The notes beneath the pieces are model-generated. The model saw only the letters and a program-made list of their open reading frames with translations. It was not told the origin of the DNA and searched no databases. 64,000 nt of DNA from positions 108,995 through 172,994 of the forward strand of contig CAYMIG010000006.1 of the NCBI GenBank assembly GCA_964390635.1. Reading direction: 5' to 3'. The position numbers and the translations under genes are program-made. The DNA comes from an uncultured Vampirovibrionales bacterium (GTDB lineage Bacteria > Cyanobacteriota > Vampirovibrionia > Vampirovibrionales > Vampirovibrionaceae). The stretch's first letter is position 1. Each line of letters opens with the position of its first letter. Positions 37,065 to 47,987 of this stretch are shown in pieces.

Positions 37065-39176
37065 TCAGGGCTGGAACAGAGCAATCGGCCAGCCGTTGGC
37101 CGCCGCTAAGCGCAACAGCTCCCGGGGCAGGCGGATGGGGTCGCCGGTCTTTTTCTGGCGGTAATACAGGGCCCGGATGTGGGGGCGCACGGCCAGCACC
37201 ACCGGGTTGGGGACTTCGGCGGGGTTGGGCTTGTCCGGTTGCAGCCGGGCGGCCCATAGCCGGGTAAAGGCGTCCTGCTGGGTTTGCCCGCTGACAATCT
37301 GCCGGTAGGCATGATCGGTATCCAGCAGGGCGGGGCGGGCATCCGTGGCGCCGGCGCCCAGAATCGCCCGATCCCCGGCGTAGGCCACATCCTGGGGGTC
37401 TACTTCTACCAAAAAGCCGTAGGGCAGGCGGCTGTGGGCAAAGTCAGCCGGCTTCCACAGGTGCAGCTGATGGAGCGTGTGGTCGAACATCCCGTCTTGC
37501 AATCGATTTCCACGGCTGGTGAGGGCATCCAGGTTGGCGTCCCGGGCGTCCATGGCCAGCCAGGGAGTTTTGTCCCCGCTGGGCGGACGGAACACGAAAA
37601 CCCCCTCCCGCATGGCCAGCCCCACCCGGCGATACGAGAATGCCATGCCTTGCAACAGGGCGTCCAGGCTTTCGTCAAGGCGGCTGTTCAGGTCGGTGCG
37701 CTTTTGCCACAGCGCGGCCAGCACGGCCAGGGGATCCTGATGGGGCACCACGAAGTCCTGGGCGCGGTTGCGTCGGATGCGGGCATCAATCATGCCGCCA
37801 TAGTCCCGCAGACGCCCGGCAATTTCCGGGGTAAACCAGGCACTGTCCCTTTTTACGCTGCGGATGTCGCCTTCGGTCAGGGCTTGCAGCATGACCAGTT
37901 CGGCAGGCGTGGGGATGAGGGCGGCAAGCTGCTCCAGCTGGCCCTCGTCCGGGGGCTTGGGATTGCGGGTGCAAAGGGTGCCCAGCACCTGGTGGTAGAG
38001 AATCAGCCGGCACACCGTGGCGGTTTCCTCCGGGCTGAACCCCAGCGCAGGGAGCACTTGGGCGGCAATCATCTCCGACTTGGCCGGGTGCGGGCGATCT
38101 ACGGCAATCAGGCAATGCAGGTTTCCCGGCCCGGTTTCCTTACCGATATCGTGCAACAGGGTGGCAAACATGGCCAGGCGCTGCTCCCGGGGGCTGAGCT
38201 GCTGGAAATAGGGCGAGCGGCGGGCATGCATGACCGCATTCAGGGAGTGTTCCGCCAGGTTAAAGTGCTGATCGCTGTGTTGCACGTTGTCAAAGCCCAC
38301 CAGCCGGCCCCATTCGGGGATTAACCGCACCAGTTCCCGGCTGCGGCTCATCTCCCGCAGGGGTTGCGGGGTTTCGTCCAGCAGGGCGGCCTCCAGCTTT
38401 CGCAGCAGGGCCGGGTTTGCCGGGGGCCGGGCGGCCATGGCGGGCAGAATGCGGGTGAGCAGGGGCACAATCTGGCGCCGGGTGGCCAGCCCGTCTGCAT
38501 CCTGAAAGGCGGAGTCGGGTTTCCATGTCTGGCCCGTCACAAATTGCAGCCAGTGGATGCGCAATTGCCGCTGCAACTGCCAGGATAGCTCCGGCTGGCC
38601 GTTGGCGGGATTCATGAAGCGGGAGAACACGGCCAGCAGTTGGGCCTGCAGCTGGCGTTGCCGGCGTCCCGGCGCCGCCTTGGCCAGCCGCCCGCCCGGG
38701 CGGAGGGTACCAAAATACAGATCGCATAGAACCAGCAGCGCGTTGCTTCTGGCTGTCATGGAGGGCGGTTGCCAGGCGGTGGTTTCCAGGGCCTTAATCA
38801 GTTTTTCCCGGGCCCGGTGGTTGTCCAGGCGCATGAACAAATCCGTAAACGGGGTGTGGAAGCTGTCGCGTCCCTTGATGCGGGTGAGCACAACGTAATG
38901 GGGGCTTTGCAGGACGGCCAGGAAGCGATCCGGGCTATCCAGCCGGCTGGCCCGGGAGATTTCTTCAATCAGCCGCGCAGTGGGGGCCTGCTCTGGGGTA
39001 AGGGCGACCTCCTGGTACAGGGCTTCGTAGGGCTTTTGCCCAAAGTGAACCCGATCCGGGCGCGGCAAGGCTGCGCGCAGGGAAGCATGCCCACGGGGCT
39101 CCCCGCCCCAGGGCGCAGGGCTGCGAAGCGGCCATCCAGGCAGGCGGGCGCGCGACAATTCCAAACCCAACCTCAA
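37065..39176 (-). CDS. Large HD-domain protein with FG leader
   Basis: H.FNLAEHSL, ATLLHDIGK, HPAKS, LILYH; TTG start after GGGGGA. Confidence 0.7.
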   Translation of the reverse strand: MRLGLELSRARLPGWPLRSPAPWGGEPRGHASLRAALPRPDRVHFGQKPYEALYQEVALTPEQAPTARLIEEISRASRLDSPDRFLAVLQSPHYVVLTRIKGRDSFHTPFTDLFMRLDNHRAREKLIKALETTAWQPPSMTARSNALLVLCDLYFGTLRPGGRLAKAAPGRRQRQLQAQLLAVFSRFMNPANGQPELSWQLQRQLRIHWLQFVTGQTWKPDSAFQDADGLATRRQIVPLLTRILPAMAARPPANPALLRKLEAALLDETPQPLREMSRSRELVRLIPEWGRLVGFDNVQHSDQHFNLAEHSLNAVMHARRSPYFQQLSPREQRLAMFATLLHDIGKETGPGNLHCLIAVDRPHPAKSEMIAAQVLPALGFSPEETATVCRLILYHQVLGTLCTRNPKPPDEGQLEQLAALIPTPAELVMLQALTEGDIRSVKRDSAWFTPEIAGRLRDYGGMIDARIRRNRAQDFVVPHQDPLAVLAALWQKRTDLNSRLDESLDALLQGMAFSYRRVGLAMREGVFVFRPPSGDKTPWLAMDARDANLDALTSRGNRLQDGMFDHTLHQLHLWKPADFAHSRLPYGFLVEVDPQDVAYAGDRAILGAGATDARPALLDTDHAYRQIVSGQTQQDAFTRLWAARLQPDKPNPAEVPNPVVLAVRPHIRALYYRQKKTGDPIRLPRELLRLAAANGWPIALFQP

Positions 39177-39270
39177 AGTCCCCCAATGTCAGGTCTCAAC
39201 AAGGGCCATTGTACAATAAACAGCCCTGGTTTCAACTTGCGGGGGCGGCGGGAAAACGCCTGGTCTTCCT

Positions 39271-40023
39271 CTAGCCCTTGAGCGACAAGGAGGCAGACCG
39301 CACTTCGGTTTGCGGCCAGGCCTTGATTTCCTCGGTCAGCGGCTTGATGGTGGGCCTGAGGGTTCGCAAATGGCGCCACCACTGGCTTATGGGGGAACCC
39401 TCCTGGTGGTTGAGTTTAAATAAGGTTTCTTTGGCGGGATCCACGTAGATTTCGGGCCAGGTCTTTTTGGCCTCGTAAAAGCGCGATTCCCGCATGGCCC
39501 TGGTCAGCTCGCCGTCTTCCAGGTTCCCTACCAGGCGTTCCCCATGGGGCCCCTGCAGGTAGACGTTGGCGTGATGGGTCAACGCCTGGGTTTTGGCGGT
39601 TTCAATGGTTTGGGTTAACCCGCTTCGCATCCATTTCAGGGCGTTTTGCGGGGTGATGTTTCTCCAGCTGCGGCCCGTCAGGCCCTGGGCGTCAATCGGC
39701 AGGCTTTGCACCGCTTCCAGGGCCTTTACGGCAGCGGCCCGGCTTTCTTCGGTGGCTCGGGTGGCGGGGTTATCCAGCATGTCGGCCAGGGCGCCCACTG
39801 CCGGGGCATGCCCCAGGCTGTAGGTAATCTGCAAGGGAAAATCGGGGTGGGCCATCTCTTCCAGGCTCAGGCCGTTTTGAATGTTATGCACGGTGAGCTG
39901 GATTTCGTCTCGCCCAATGGCGTTCCCCTTGGATGAAAAGGCTGCCCAGCTGACGCGGTTGGAATCCGGCGTCACGTACAGGCCCAGTCCCTGAAACTTG
40001 GGCCCCATGGCGGTGATGGACAT
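39271..40023 (-). CDS. Hypothetical protein with GPKFQG leader
   Basis: AAGGGGA SD; no recognisable domain. Confidence 0.7.
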   Translation of the reverse strand: MSITAMGPKFQGLGLYVTPDSNRVSWAAFSSKGNAIGRDEIQLTVHNIQNGLSLEEMAHPDFPLQITYSLGHAPAVGALADMLDNPATRATEESRAAAVKALEAVQSLPIDAQGLTGRSWRNITPQNALKWMRSGLTQTIETAKTQALTHHANVYLQGPHGERLVGNLEDGELTRAMRESRFYEAKKTWPEIYVDPAKETLFKLNHQEGSPISQWWRHLRTLRPTIKPLTEEIKAWPQTEVRSASLSLKG

Positions 40024-40069
40024 ATCAGTATCCCCTTCTCTATTCACACACAGTCGGTGATGACAGTGA

Positions 40070-41029
40070 TTATGGTTTCAACCAGTGTAACGTCTCGTTG
40101 TAGATGGCCTCCCAGTCGATGCCGTACTCCTTGAACAGCAGGCCGGGATCCCCGCTTTGCCCGAAGCGGTCCTGGGTGCCCAGGCGACGCACCGGGGTGG
40201 GGTGATGCTGGCTGAGTTCCTCGCAGACGGCGCCGCCCAGGCCGGCAATGACCTGGTGGCTTTCGGCGGTGATGACTTTGCCGGTTTTGCGGGCGCTGGC
40301 CACAAGCGTTTCGGTGTCGAACGGCTTGATGAAGACCACGTTTAGCACTTCGGCGTTGATGCCATGGTCTTTTTGCAGGCGCTCGGCGGCCAGCAGGGCA
40401 TGGTAAACGGTTTCGCCGGTACCCACCAGGGTGATGTCCGCACCCTCGCGCTCCACCCGAATCTTGCCGGGCTCCAGGCGGTAGCTTTCGTCATGGATGA
40501 TGGGGCAGTTGGGGCGCACCAGCCGAATGTAGACCGGCCCCACGTATTCCGCGGCCCAGCGCACCACGCGGTCGGTTTCCACCGCATCCGAGGGCACCAC
40601 CACGGTCATGCCGGGAATCACCCGCATCAGGGCGATGTCTTCGATGCTCTGGTGGCTGGCCCCGTCCTCGCCCAGGCTAAGGCCGCTGTGGGTGGGGGCG
40701 ATTTTCACGTTCAGGTTGCTGTAGCACACCGTGTTGCGAATCTGGTCCCAGCCCTTGCCGGCGGCAAACAGGGCAAAGGTGCTGCAAAACGGGATTTTTC
40801 CGGTGGTGGACAAGCCGGCGGCGGTATTAATCAGGTCTTGCTCGGAAATGCCCTGGTTAAAGAACCGCTCGGGGAACTTGTCGGCGAACATCTTGGTTTG
40901 GGTGGAGCAGGCCAGATCCGCATCCAGCACCACGATATCGGGGTTTACGGCGCCCAGGGCGGCCAGGGTTTCCCCGTATTGGTTCCGCAGGGCTTTCTTT
41001 TCCGGTTTTTCAAGGTTGATGGTGGCCAT
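40070..41029 (-). CDS. Transketolase C-terminal (pyrimidine-binding) subunit
   Basis: LDADL, GISEQ, GEDGASHQ, FIKPFD, DRFGQSG. Confidence 0.93.
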   Translation of the reverse strand: MATINLEKPEKKALRNQYGETLAALGAVNPDIVVLDADLACSTQTKMFADKFPERFFNQGISEQDLINTAAGLSTTGKIPFCSTFALFAAGKGWDQIRNTVCYSNLNVKIAPTHSGLSLGEDGASHQSIEDIALMRVIPGMTVVVPSDAVETDRVVRWAAEYVGPVYIRLVRPNCPIIHDESYRLEPGKIRVEREGADITLVGTGETVYHALLAAERLQKDHGINAEVLNVVFIKPFDTETLVASARKTGKVITAESHQVIAGLGGAVCEELSQHHPTPVRRLGTQDRFGQSGDPGLLFKEYGIDWEAIYNETLHWLKP

Positions 41030-41047
41030 AATGTCTACCTCAAAGTC

Positions 41048-41959
41048 TTACAACTGGGCTTCCAGCTCGGCGTGGGCGGCCACCAGTTCGCTGTGGGCCA
41101 TTTTGTACTGCTCTTCGTTGGGGGCCTTGCCGTGCCAGCCGGCCTGGTTTTCCATAAAGCTGACCCCCTTGCCCTTCACCGTGTTGGCGATGATGGCGGT
41201 GGGGCGATCGGTGGTTTCGGCATAGCGATCGGCCTGCTTCAGGGCCTCCTGGATTTGCGGGTAGTCGTGGCCGTCGATTTCAATCACGTTCCATTCGAAA
41301 GCCGCGAACTTGGGCCCCAGCTGACCCAGCCGCTTGATTTTCTCGGTATCCCCGTCGATTTGCAGGTGATTGCGATCCACGATGGCCGTCACCCGGCTGA
41401 CTTTATGGTGCGCGGCGCTCAGTACGGCTTCCCACACGTTGCCTTCCTGGCATTCCCCGTCGCCCATCAGCACAATCACGCGGGAGTTGATGCCGTTTAG
41501 CCGGTTGCCCAGCGCCATGCCTACCCCGCAGGAGAGCCCCTGGCCCAGCGAGCCGGTGGAAATGTCGCAGCCCTTGATGTAGCGCGACGCCGGGTGGCCC
41601 TGCAGGTTGGTGTGAATCTTGCGCAGGGTGCCCAATTCCTCCCAGGGAATGTAGCCGGCCTGCATGAGGGTGGCGTAATAGGCGGGCGCCCCGTGCCCCT
41701 TGGACATGATGAAGCGATCGCGCTCGGGCCACTGGTCGTTGGCGGGATCCCACTTCAGGTGGGCGAACCAGATGTTTACCAGCAGGTCGATGCAGGATAG
41801 CGAGCTGCCCGGGTGGCCGGATTGGGCCTGGTAAATCATGTCGATGATGTCGATCCGCAGCTTGGCGGCCAGCTTCTTCAGCTCAGGGATGTTCAGGCTG
41901 CAAGGGCCGGTGGTTTCGCGGGACTCGGATTGGGTGCCTTGGGAAGGTAAAGTCATCAT
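41048..41959 (-). CDS. Transketolase N-terminal (TPP-binding) subunit
   Basis: SGHPG, DRFIMSKGH, LQGHP, TGSLGQG, GDGE. Confidence 0.93.
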   Translation of the reverse strand: MMTLPSQGTQSESRETTGPCSLNIPELKKLAAKLRIDIIDMIYQAQSGHPGSSLSCIDLLVNIWFAHLKWDPANDQWPERDRFIMSKGHGAPAYYATLMQAGYIPWEELGTLRKIHTNLQGHPASRYIKGCDISTGSLGQGLSCGVGMALGNRLNGINSRVIVLMGDGECQEGNVWEAVLSAAHHKVSRVTAIVDRNHLQIDGDTEKIKRLGQLGPKFAAFEWNVIEIDGHDYPQIQEALKQADRYAETTDRPTAIIANTVKGKGVSFMENQAGWHGKAPNEEQYKMAHSELVAAHAELEAQL

Positions 41960-41979
41960 GGGGTCTGCCGCTCGTTGCT

Positions 41980-42723
41980 TCAGTGTGGGTCACGGGATAA
42001 CCACACTTTTACTACAAACAAGGGCAAACTTTTATAGGTGCGGCGAATGCGCCAGGGTTCTGTTGCAATTCGATACAACCACTCCAGGTTCAGGGCCCGC
42101 ATCAGCCGGGGCGCCCGCTGGGTCTTGCCGCTCCACACGTCCAGGCTGCCGCCGATGCCCACAAACGTGGTGCCATGGAAGAGATCCCGGTAGCGGTCAA
42201 TCCATTTCTCCTGGCGGGGCACCCCCAGCGCCACCAGCAGCAGGTGGGGATTGCTGGCCGCGCAGGCTTCGGCCACCGATTGCTCTTCCCCGGCGTTTTT
42301 GAAAAACCCGTGGTGGGCGTACACGATTTTAATGCCGTCATACCGCTGTTTCAGGGTGCCTACCGCCAGATCCAGCGCCTCCTGGGTGGCTCCCACAAGG
42401 GCTACCCGGTAGCCAATGCCACTGGCCCAGCGCAGCAGGTTCTCGGCAAACTCGATGCCCGGAAGCCGCCGGATAGGATACCCCCGGCGCCGCAAGGCCC
42501 ACACCACCCCCGCGCCATCCGGCAGCACCAGGTCCGCCTTTTTCAGGATGCGGCCCAGCTCCGGGTCTTTCTCGCCGGCCATCAGCATTTCCGGGTTCAG
42601 GGTGACCACGTGGAAGTTGCGGTGCTCCAGAATGGCCTGCTCCACCTGGGCCTGACCGTCCGTCAGGTCCACCAGGTGAATGGGAAAGCCGAAAAGCCTG
42701 GCTTCGGTAGGGTTGATGTTCAA
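41980..42723 (-). CDS. WecB/TagA/CpsF glycosyltransferase
   Basis: VVTLNPE, PDGAGV, HHGFF, LGVPRQEKW, GIGGSLD, LEWLYR; start uncertain (42723 TTG or 42786 ATG). Confidence 0.9.
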   Translation of the reverse strand: MNINPTEARLFGFPIHLVDLTDGQAQVEQAILEHRNFHVVTLNPEMLMAGEKDPELGRILKKADLVLPDGAGVVWALRRRGYPIRRLPGIEFAENLLRWASGIGYRVALVGATQEALDLAVGTLKQRYDGIKIVYAHHGFFKNAGEEQSVAEACAASNPHLLLVALGVPRQEKWIDRYRDLFHGTTFVGIGGSLDVWSGKTQRAPRLMRALNLEWLYRIATEPWRIRRTYKSLPLFVVKVWLSRDPH

Positions 42724-42872
42724 GGAACGGTTTCCTTCCCGCCCACGCTGATCTCTCTCATCCCTTATTGTAGAGGATCTTGCCATGAGTACAATTGCCC
42801 TTTTCTTCGATTTTCCAGAAAAGCACAATCAACAGTATGGCACAGGCGGGGTGAACGGGAAACGTCCCTGCT

Positions 42873-43232
42873 TCAGATGCTCATGATGTCGTGAAACGGG
42901 GTAATTTTGCGTCCCGCCTTTTCAATCATGCCGGCGGAGGTGCCCAGCTCGTGCAGGCTCTCCCCGGTGGTCTCGGTGTGCTCGTACACACCACGCAGGC
43001 GGGTTTTCTTGCCGTTGTCCATGCCCTGGGACATGCTTTCGCCCAGCTTGACCAGTTCGCGGTCGGCGGCGGATTCCAGGTTGGCCCTGCCGGTGTCCAC
43101 AATCAACACATCACCGATCTTGCGAAGGGTGTTGTGTGGATTGCCCAGGGCTTTTCCCTGAAGTTCCCGCGCCTGGCTGGGCCCAATGACCCGCGTATTG
43201 AAAAAATGGGTGGCCCCAAAACGGACGTTCAT
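42873..43232 (-). CDS. Small hypothetical protein starting MNVRFGA
   Basis: GGGAGAG SD; no recognisable domain. Confidence 0.65.
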   Translation of the reverse strand: MNVRFGATHFFNTRVIGPSQARELQGKALGNPHNTLRKIGDVLIVDTGRANLESAADRELVKLGESMSQGMDNGKKTRLRGVYEHTETTGESLHELGTSAGMIEKAGRKITPFHDIMSI

Positions 43233-43411
43233 CGTAACTTTCTCTCCCTTTTAGTACTAATGTACCCAGCGCGGGCATTAAACCCCCTCAGCCGAAAAAG
43301 TTGCCCGGCACTTTTATTGAACACTATTTTTATAATTACGACAATGCCGATAATTTGCGAGCTGAGCCGGTTTTGGGAGAAACATGCAGTATTGCCGCTT
43401 CTTAACAAAAT

Positions 43412-43446
43412 AAAAAAATACCCCGAGGGCGAATCGGGGTATTTTT
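43412..43446 (-). terminator. clpX terminator
   Basis: AAAAAAATACCCCGA...TCGGGGTATTTTT. Confidence 0.8.
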
Positions 43447-43462
43447 ATAATTTTAGGGTGCT

Positions 43463-44767
43463 TTAGGCGATCTCGCCCTTGGGTTTTTTGTCGGGCAATT
43501 TCACCACTTCGGCGGCGTTTTTCTTTTCCACCATTTCCGGGGTCAGTTCGAACACCTTCAGGTCCTCGCGGGAGGGAGCCTCGAACATGACGGGCAGCAT
43601 TAATTCCTCCACGATGGAGCGCAGCGCCCGGGCGCCGGTCTTGCGCTTGATGGCCTCCTTGGCAATGGCCTGGGCCACACCTTCGCCAAACACCAGCTCC
43701 ACGTTGTCCATGGCCATCAGCTCGCGGTACTGCTTGAAGATGGCGTTCTTGGGCTCGGTCAGAATTTTGATGAGCGCCTCTTCGTCCAGCGGGTCCAGCA
43801 CGGCGGTCACCGGCACCCGGCCTATGAATTCCGGGATCATGCCGAACTTGATGAGGTCGTCCGGCTGCAGTTGCTTCAGCAGGCGGGCGGCTTCCAGGTC
43901 GCGCTCGTAGAGGGATTTGGGCGCGGTAGCGCCAAAGCCCACGGATTTGCCGGAGTTGACCCGGCCTTCCACGATTTTGTCCAGCCCAATGAACGCCCCG
44001 CCGCAGATGAACAGGATGTTGCTGGTATCGATCTGGATGAACTCCTGGTGCGGGTGCTTGCGTCCGCCTTGCGGGGGGACGTTGGCCACCGTGCCTTCAA
44101 TCATCTTCAGCAGGGCCTGCTGCACGCCCTCGCCCGAAACATCGCGGGTGATGCTGGGGTTTTCGGACTTGCGGGCAATCTTGTCGATTTCATCAATGTA
44201 CACGATGCCCCGTTCGGCCTTGGCCGCGTCGTAGTCGGCGGCCTGGTACAGGCGCAGCAGGATGTTCTCCACATCGTCGCCCACGTAGCCGGCTTCGGTC
44301 AGGGTGGTGGCGTCGGCCACGGCGAAGGGCACTTCCAGAAACTTAGCAAGGGTTTGGGCCAGCAGGGTTTTGCCGCAACCCGTGGGGCCAATCAGCAGGA
44401 TGTTGCTTTTCTGGATTTCCACCACATCCTTGGCGTCCTTGTCCTTGTTGGCCATGTTGTGGTTGACCCGTTTGTAGTGGTTGTAGACCGCCACCGAGAG
44501 GATGCGCTTGGCGTCATCCTGCCCCACAATGTGGTCGTCCAGGAACGCGTTGATTTCTTTAGGCTTGGGAACCTTGGAAATTTCGGGCAGGGCCGAGCTC
44601 TTTTCGCCTTCCTCGGCTTCAAAGAACTCCTCATCCAGGATCTCGTTGCAAAGGTCGACGCACTCGTCGCAAATATAGACCTCAGGACCGGCAATCAGCT
44701 TCTTGACTTGATCCTGGCTTTTGCCGCAAAACGAACACTTCAGGCGGCTATCTTCGTGCTTGGCCAT
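43463..44767 (-). CDS. clpX: ATP-dependent Clp protease ATP-binding subunit
   Basis: CSFCGK zinc finger, [24 protein letters not shown]. Confidence 0.98.
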   Translation of the reverse strand: MAKHEDSRLKCSFCGKSQDQVKKLIAGPEVYICDECVDLCNEILDEEFFEAEEGEKSSALPEISKVPKPKEINAFLDDHIVGQDDAKRILSVAVYNHYKRVNHNMANKDKDAKDVVEIQKSNILLIGPTGCGKTLLAQTLAKFLEVPFAVADATTLTEAGYVGDDVENILLRLYQAADYDAAKAERGIVYIDEIDKIARKSENPSITRDVSGEGVQQALLKMIEGTVANVPPQGGRKHPHQEFIQIDTSNILFICGGAFIGLDKIVEGRVNSGKSVGFGATAPKSLYERDLEAARLLKQLQPDDLIKFGMIPEFIGRVPVTAVLDPLDEEALIKILTEPKNAIFKQYRELMAMDNVELVFGEGVAQAIAKEAIKRKTGARALRSIVEELMLPVMFEAPSREDLKVFELTPEMVEKKNAAEVVKLPDKKPKGEIA

Positions 44768-44839
44768 TGCTAGCCCTCCAATCTGAGGTTCAGACACGCG
44801 TCATTAAAGACGGGCGTCCCCATTCCATGTTTCATTATA

Positions 44840-45505
44840 CTACTTGTTAACGCCGGCTTCCTCGGCCTTCGTGATGACCTTGTCCACCATGCCGTAGGCC
44901 ACGCCTTCTTCCGCCGACATGATGTAGTCGCGATCGGTATCACGCTCAATCTTCTTGATGCTCTGGCCGGTGTTGGAGGCCAGGATTTCGTTCAGCAGCT
45001 TTTTCATGCGGTTAATCTCGGCGGCCTGGATTTCGATATCGGTGGCCTGGCCTTGCGCGCCGCCCAGGGGCTGGTGAATCAGGATGCGCGAATGCGGCAG
45101 GGCCATCCGCTTGCCGGGGGTGCCGGAAGACAGCAGGAAGGCGCCCATTGAGGCGGCCTGGCCCAGGCAGATGGTGGCCACGTCGGCACGGATGTGCTTC
45201 ATGGTGTCGTAAATGGCGAAGCCGGCGGTTACCGAGCCGCCCGGACTGTTGATGTAGAGCATGATGTCTTTTTCGGGGTTTTCCGAATCGAGCAGCAGCA
45301 ATTGGGCCACGATGAGGTTGGCCACCATGTCGTCGATGGGGGTGCCCAGAAACACAATCCGCTCTCTCAGCAGGCGGGAGAAAATGTCGAAGGAGCGCTC
45401 GCCGCGGCTGGACTGCTCAATTACGATGGGCATGTAGGCGGAGGGATCCTGCGCAATCATGTCCGGCGTAATCTTGGACGGATCATATTTCGGGTAATAC
45501 AACAT
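44840..45505 (-). CDS. clpP: ATP-dependent Clp protease proteolytic subunit
   Basis: [33 protein letters not shown]. Confidence 0.97.
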   Translation of the reverse strand: MLYYPKYDPSKITPDMIAQDPSAYMPIVIEQSSRGERSFDIFSRLLRERIVFLGTPIDDMVANLIVAQLLLLDSENPEKDIMLYINSPGGSVTAGFAIYDTMKHIRADVATICLGQAASMGAFLLSSGTPGKRMALPHSRILIHQPLGGAQGQATDIEIQAAEINRMKKLLNEILASNTGQSIKKIERDTDRDYIMSAEEGVAYGMVDKVITKAEEAGVNK

Positions 45506-45582
45506 CTGTTGTGCCTCTTTCACTCAGCTCAAAACACAAACGTTCTACAGACACGGAGAGCCTAAGACTCACTGTATCTAGT

Positions 45583-47001
45583 CTAATCTTCGTCTTCCAA
45601 AACGTCAAACTCTTCGCCGGAGATAGCCGCCGCGACAGCCGCCGGCTCGTTGGCCGCGCCTGAGCCACCCTCACTCTTCGCTTTTTCAGCTTTTTCCGCG
45701 ACTTCCTCGGGCACGTAGTTAAAATTGGCGCGCTCCATCAGGTAGTCCACGATTTTCTGGCTGAGAATCTGGTCGGACAGGGCTTGCGCCGCCTGGAAGT
45801 TGTTGGCCAGCTGGCGCATCACCTGCTTTTCGTCGATTCCGCGCATCTGGGCCATCTGCCCCACCATGCTGGAGAATTCGTCTTCCTGTACCTGCAGGCC
45901 TTCCTGCTTGGCGATGGCGCCAAACACCAGGCTGGTCTTGATACGCTTGGTGGCTTCCTCACGCAGGTTTTCCCAGGTGCTTTCGTGCCCTTCGGCATCC
46001 ACGAACTTGTTCCAGTCCAGCCCTTGGGCTTTCAGGCGCTGCTGCACCTCTTCCATCAGCAGTCGGGCTTCCCGGTTCACCATGGCATCCGGAATTTCCA
46101 CTTCGGCGTGCTGCAGGACGTATTCCACCACGGCCTTCTGCTTGCGGTAGGTCATTTCCTGCTCCACGTTTTCCTTCAGCAGGCGGCGCACTTCTTCTTT
46201 CAGCTGCTCGACATTCTCGAAGGGGCCCACTTTCTTGGCCACTTCGTCGCTCAGTTCGGGCACCACCTTCTTGTTAATCTCGTTAATCTTGATGCGGAAC
46301 TCGGCGGGCTTGCCGGCCAGGGCATTGTCGTGGTAGTCCTGCGGGAAAGTCACGTTGATGCCAAACTCTTCCCCAATCTTGTGGCCCACCAGCTGCTCGG
46401 CAAAGCCTTCAATAAAGTTGTTGTCGGCCAGATCCAGGCGGTAGTTCTTGGCGGATCCCCCGCGAATCTGCTCGTTGTTCACATAACCGGTAAAATCGAT
46501 GGTCACGATGTCGGTGGCCTCGGCGGCGCGATCCACCACGGCTTCCAGGGTGGTCATGCGCTCCACGATGGCTTGCAGTTCTTTTTCTTCGGCATCGTCG
46601 GGCAGCTTATACTCGGGCACATCCACGCTAAAGCCGCCCAACTCACCCAGTTTAGCCTCGGGACGCAGTTCCACGGAGGCCTTCACCCGGATGCCCTCGT
46701 TCAGGTCGAACTTCAGGGATTCAATTTGGGGCGGGGCCACAATGTCCAGCTGATGCTCGCTGATGGCATCGGCAAATACATGCGGGAACAGGCGATCCAT
46801 GGCTTCCTGCTTGATGCGGTCGATGCCGACGGTCTTTTCCACAATGGCACGGGGCGCCTTGCCGCGGCGGAAGCCGGGAATGTTCAGACGCTGGCCCAGG
46901 CGCTTCCAGGCTTTATTGTACTCCTGGGTGGCCTGATCAGCCGGAATCTCAAGATTAATGGTTGCAAGGTGCGCTTCGTTTTTTTCGACTTCTACTTTCA
47001 T
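45583..47001 (-). CDS. tig: Trigger factor
   Basis: IPGFRRGKAP, FIEGFAEQLVG, VTFPQDY; tig-clpP-clpX synteny. Confidence 0.97.
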   Translation of the reverse strand: MKVEVEKNEAHLATINLEIPADQATQEYNKAWKRLGQRLNIPGFRRGKAPRAIVEKTVGIDRIKQEAMDRLFPHVFADAISEHQLDIVAPPQIESLKFDLNEGIRVKASVELRPEAKLGELGGFSVDVPEYKLPDDAEEKELQAIVERMTTLEAVVDRAAEATDIVTIDFTGYVNNEQIRGGSAKNYRLDLADNNFIEGFAEQLVGHKIGEEFGINVTFPQDYHDNALAGKPAEFRIKINEINKKVVPELSDEVAKKVGPFENVEQLKEEVRRLLKENVEQEMTYRKQKAVVEYVLQHAEVEIPDAMVNREARLLMEEVQQRLKAQGLDWNKFVDAEGHESTWENLREEATKRIKTSLVFGAIAKQEGLQVQEDEFSSMVGQMAQMRGIDEKQVMRQLANNFQAAQALSDQILSQKIVDYLMERANFNYVPEEVAEKAEKAKSEGGSGAANEPAAVAAAISGEEFDVLEDED

Positions 47002-47091
47002 GCGTCTGTTTTCCAGCCCATTCCTACGGTATACAACGTTGTATCAATTTTAAAAAGCTTCTAAAAAGCAGTTTTCCGGGCGATGAAAAGA

Positions 47092-47166
<75 letters not shown>

Positions 47167-47340
47167 ATCGCCCGGAAAACAGGTTTCATTTTATAGTGAA
47201 CCCCGTTGGAATATCAACAGGGGGATTCACAGGATTCTTTTTTACACCAAAGACGGCCCACGTCAAACCTTCTTTCTCATATTGGCCGCTAAAGGCTGGG
47301 AAAACTTCTATCGGCGGGCGCTTTCCGTGGGGTGCGCCGC

Positions 47341-47844
47341 TTAGGCGGGCGGCAGCTTGTACCAAACCTCCACGGCGCGGGCAAATTCCTGCTGGCTGTG
47401 GCCGATGACATGCTTTTTGGGGCCGAATTCATCGGCGGGGGCCGCCAGTTTTTCCTTCACCAAAGGCGCATGTGCCTGGTAAAGGGCCCGCTCCTTGCGG
47501 TAAAGCCGGTGGCTGGCCAGTAGGGACAGGCTGGCCAGGGGATGTTGCCAGTTGAACGCCGGCGGGGCAAGCTTGGCGTCCTGGCCAATTTCCGCATACA
47601 CCTGCAGTAGTTTTTTCCTTAAAAGAGCCTCGTCTTGGGCAATATCGGCCTGATTGCCCTTTTGCAGCACCGCGTGGGTGAGTGCCTGGGCCGTTTTGCT
47701 TTGAAAGGCAATGCTGCTGCCCTGGATGAACACCTGGTCGTCTGCCGCCTCGTCCAGCGGGGCAAACACCGAGGCAATGAAATAGGGCTGGGACGACGGC
47801 CCCTGGATGCTGAAGGAGACCCGTCCGAAGTGGGGGACATGCAT
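47341..47844 (-). CDS. Hypothetical protein starting MHVPHFGR
   Basis: AGAGGA SD; no recognisable domain. Confidence 0.6.
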   Translation of the reverse strand: MHVPHFGRVSFSIQGPSSQPYFIASVFAPLDEAADDQVFIQGSSIAFQSKTAQALTHAVLQKGNQADIAQDEALLRKKLLQVYAEIGQDAKLAPPAFNWQHPLASLSLLASHRLYRKERALYQAHAPLVKEKLAAPADEFGPKKHVIGHSQQEFARAVEVWYKLPPA

Positions 47845-47987
47845 GGCGCGTTCGTTTCCTCTTCTTTACGCTATTCAAGGTGATGGCTAATCTAACGGGC
47901 CTGAACCGGGCCATTTGCTTAGCCGGGGCAAGATGTTTCGCCTCATCATTATTGAGAGCAACCCGGCAGTGTAAGATGGGCCAGATC

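Noticed and set aside
20496-42723. FG dipeptides near the N-termini of GlgC (PAVPFGG) and the WecB protein (RLFGF) as FG leaders
   Set aside because: They lie within the conserved folded domains rather than in an added disordered leader, so they were excluded from the count.
43346-43353. GCCGATAA sigma-28-like -10 element
   Set aside because: It is on the plus strand pointing at the clpX terminator, with no downstream gene and no properly spaced TAAA box.
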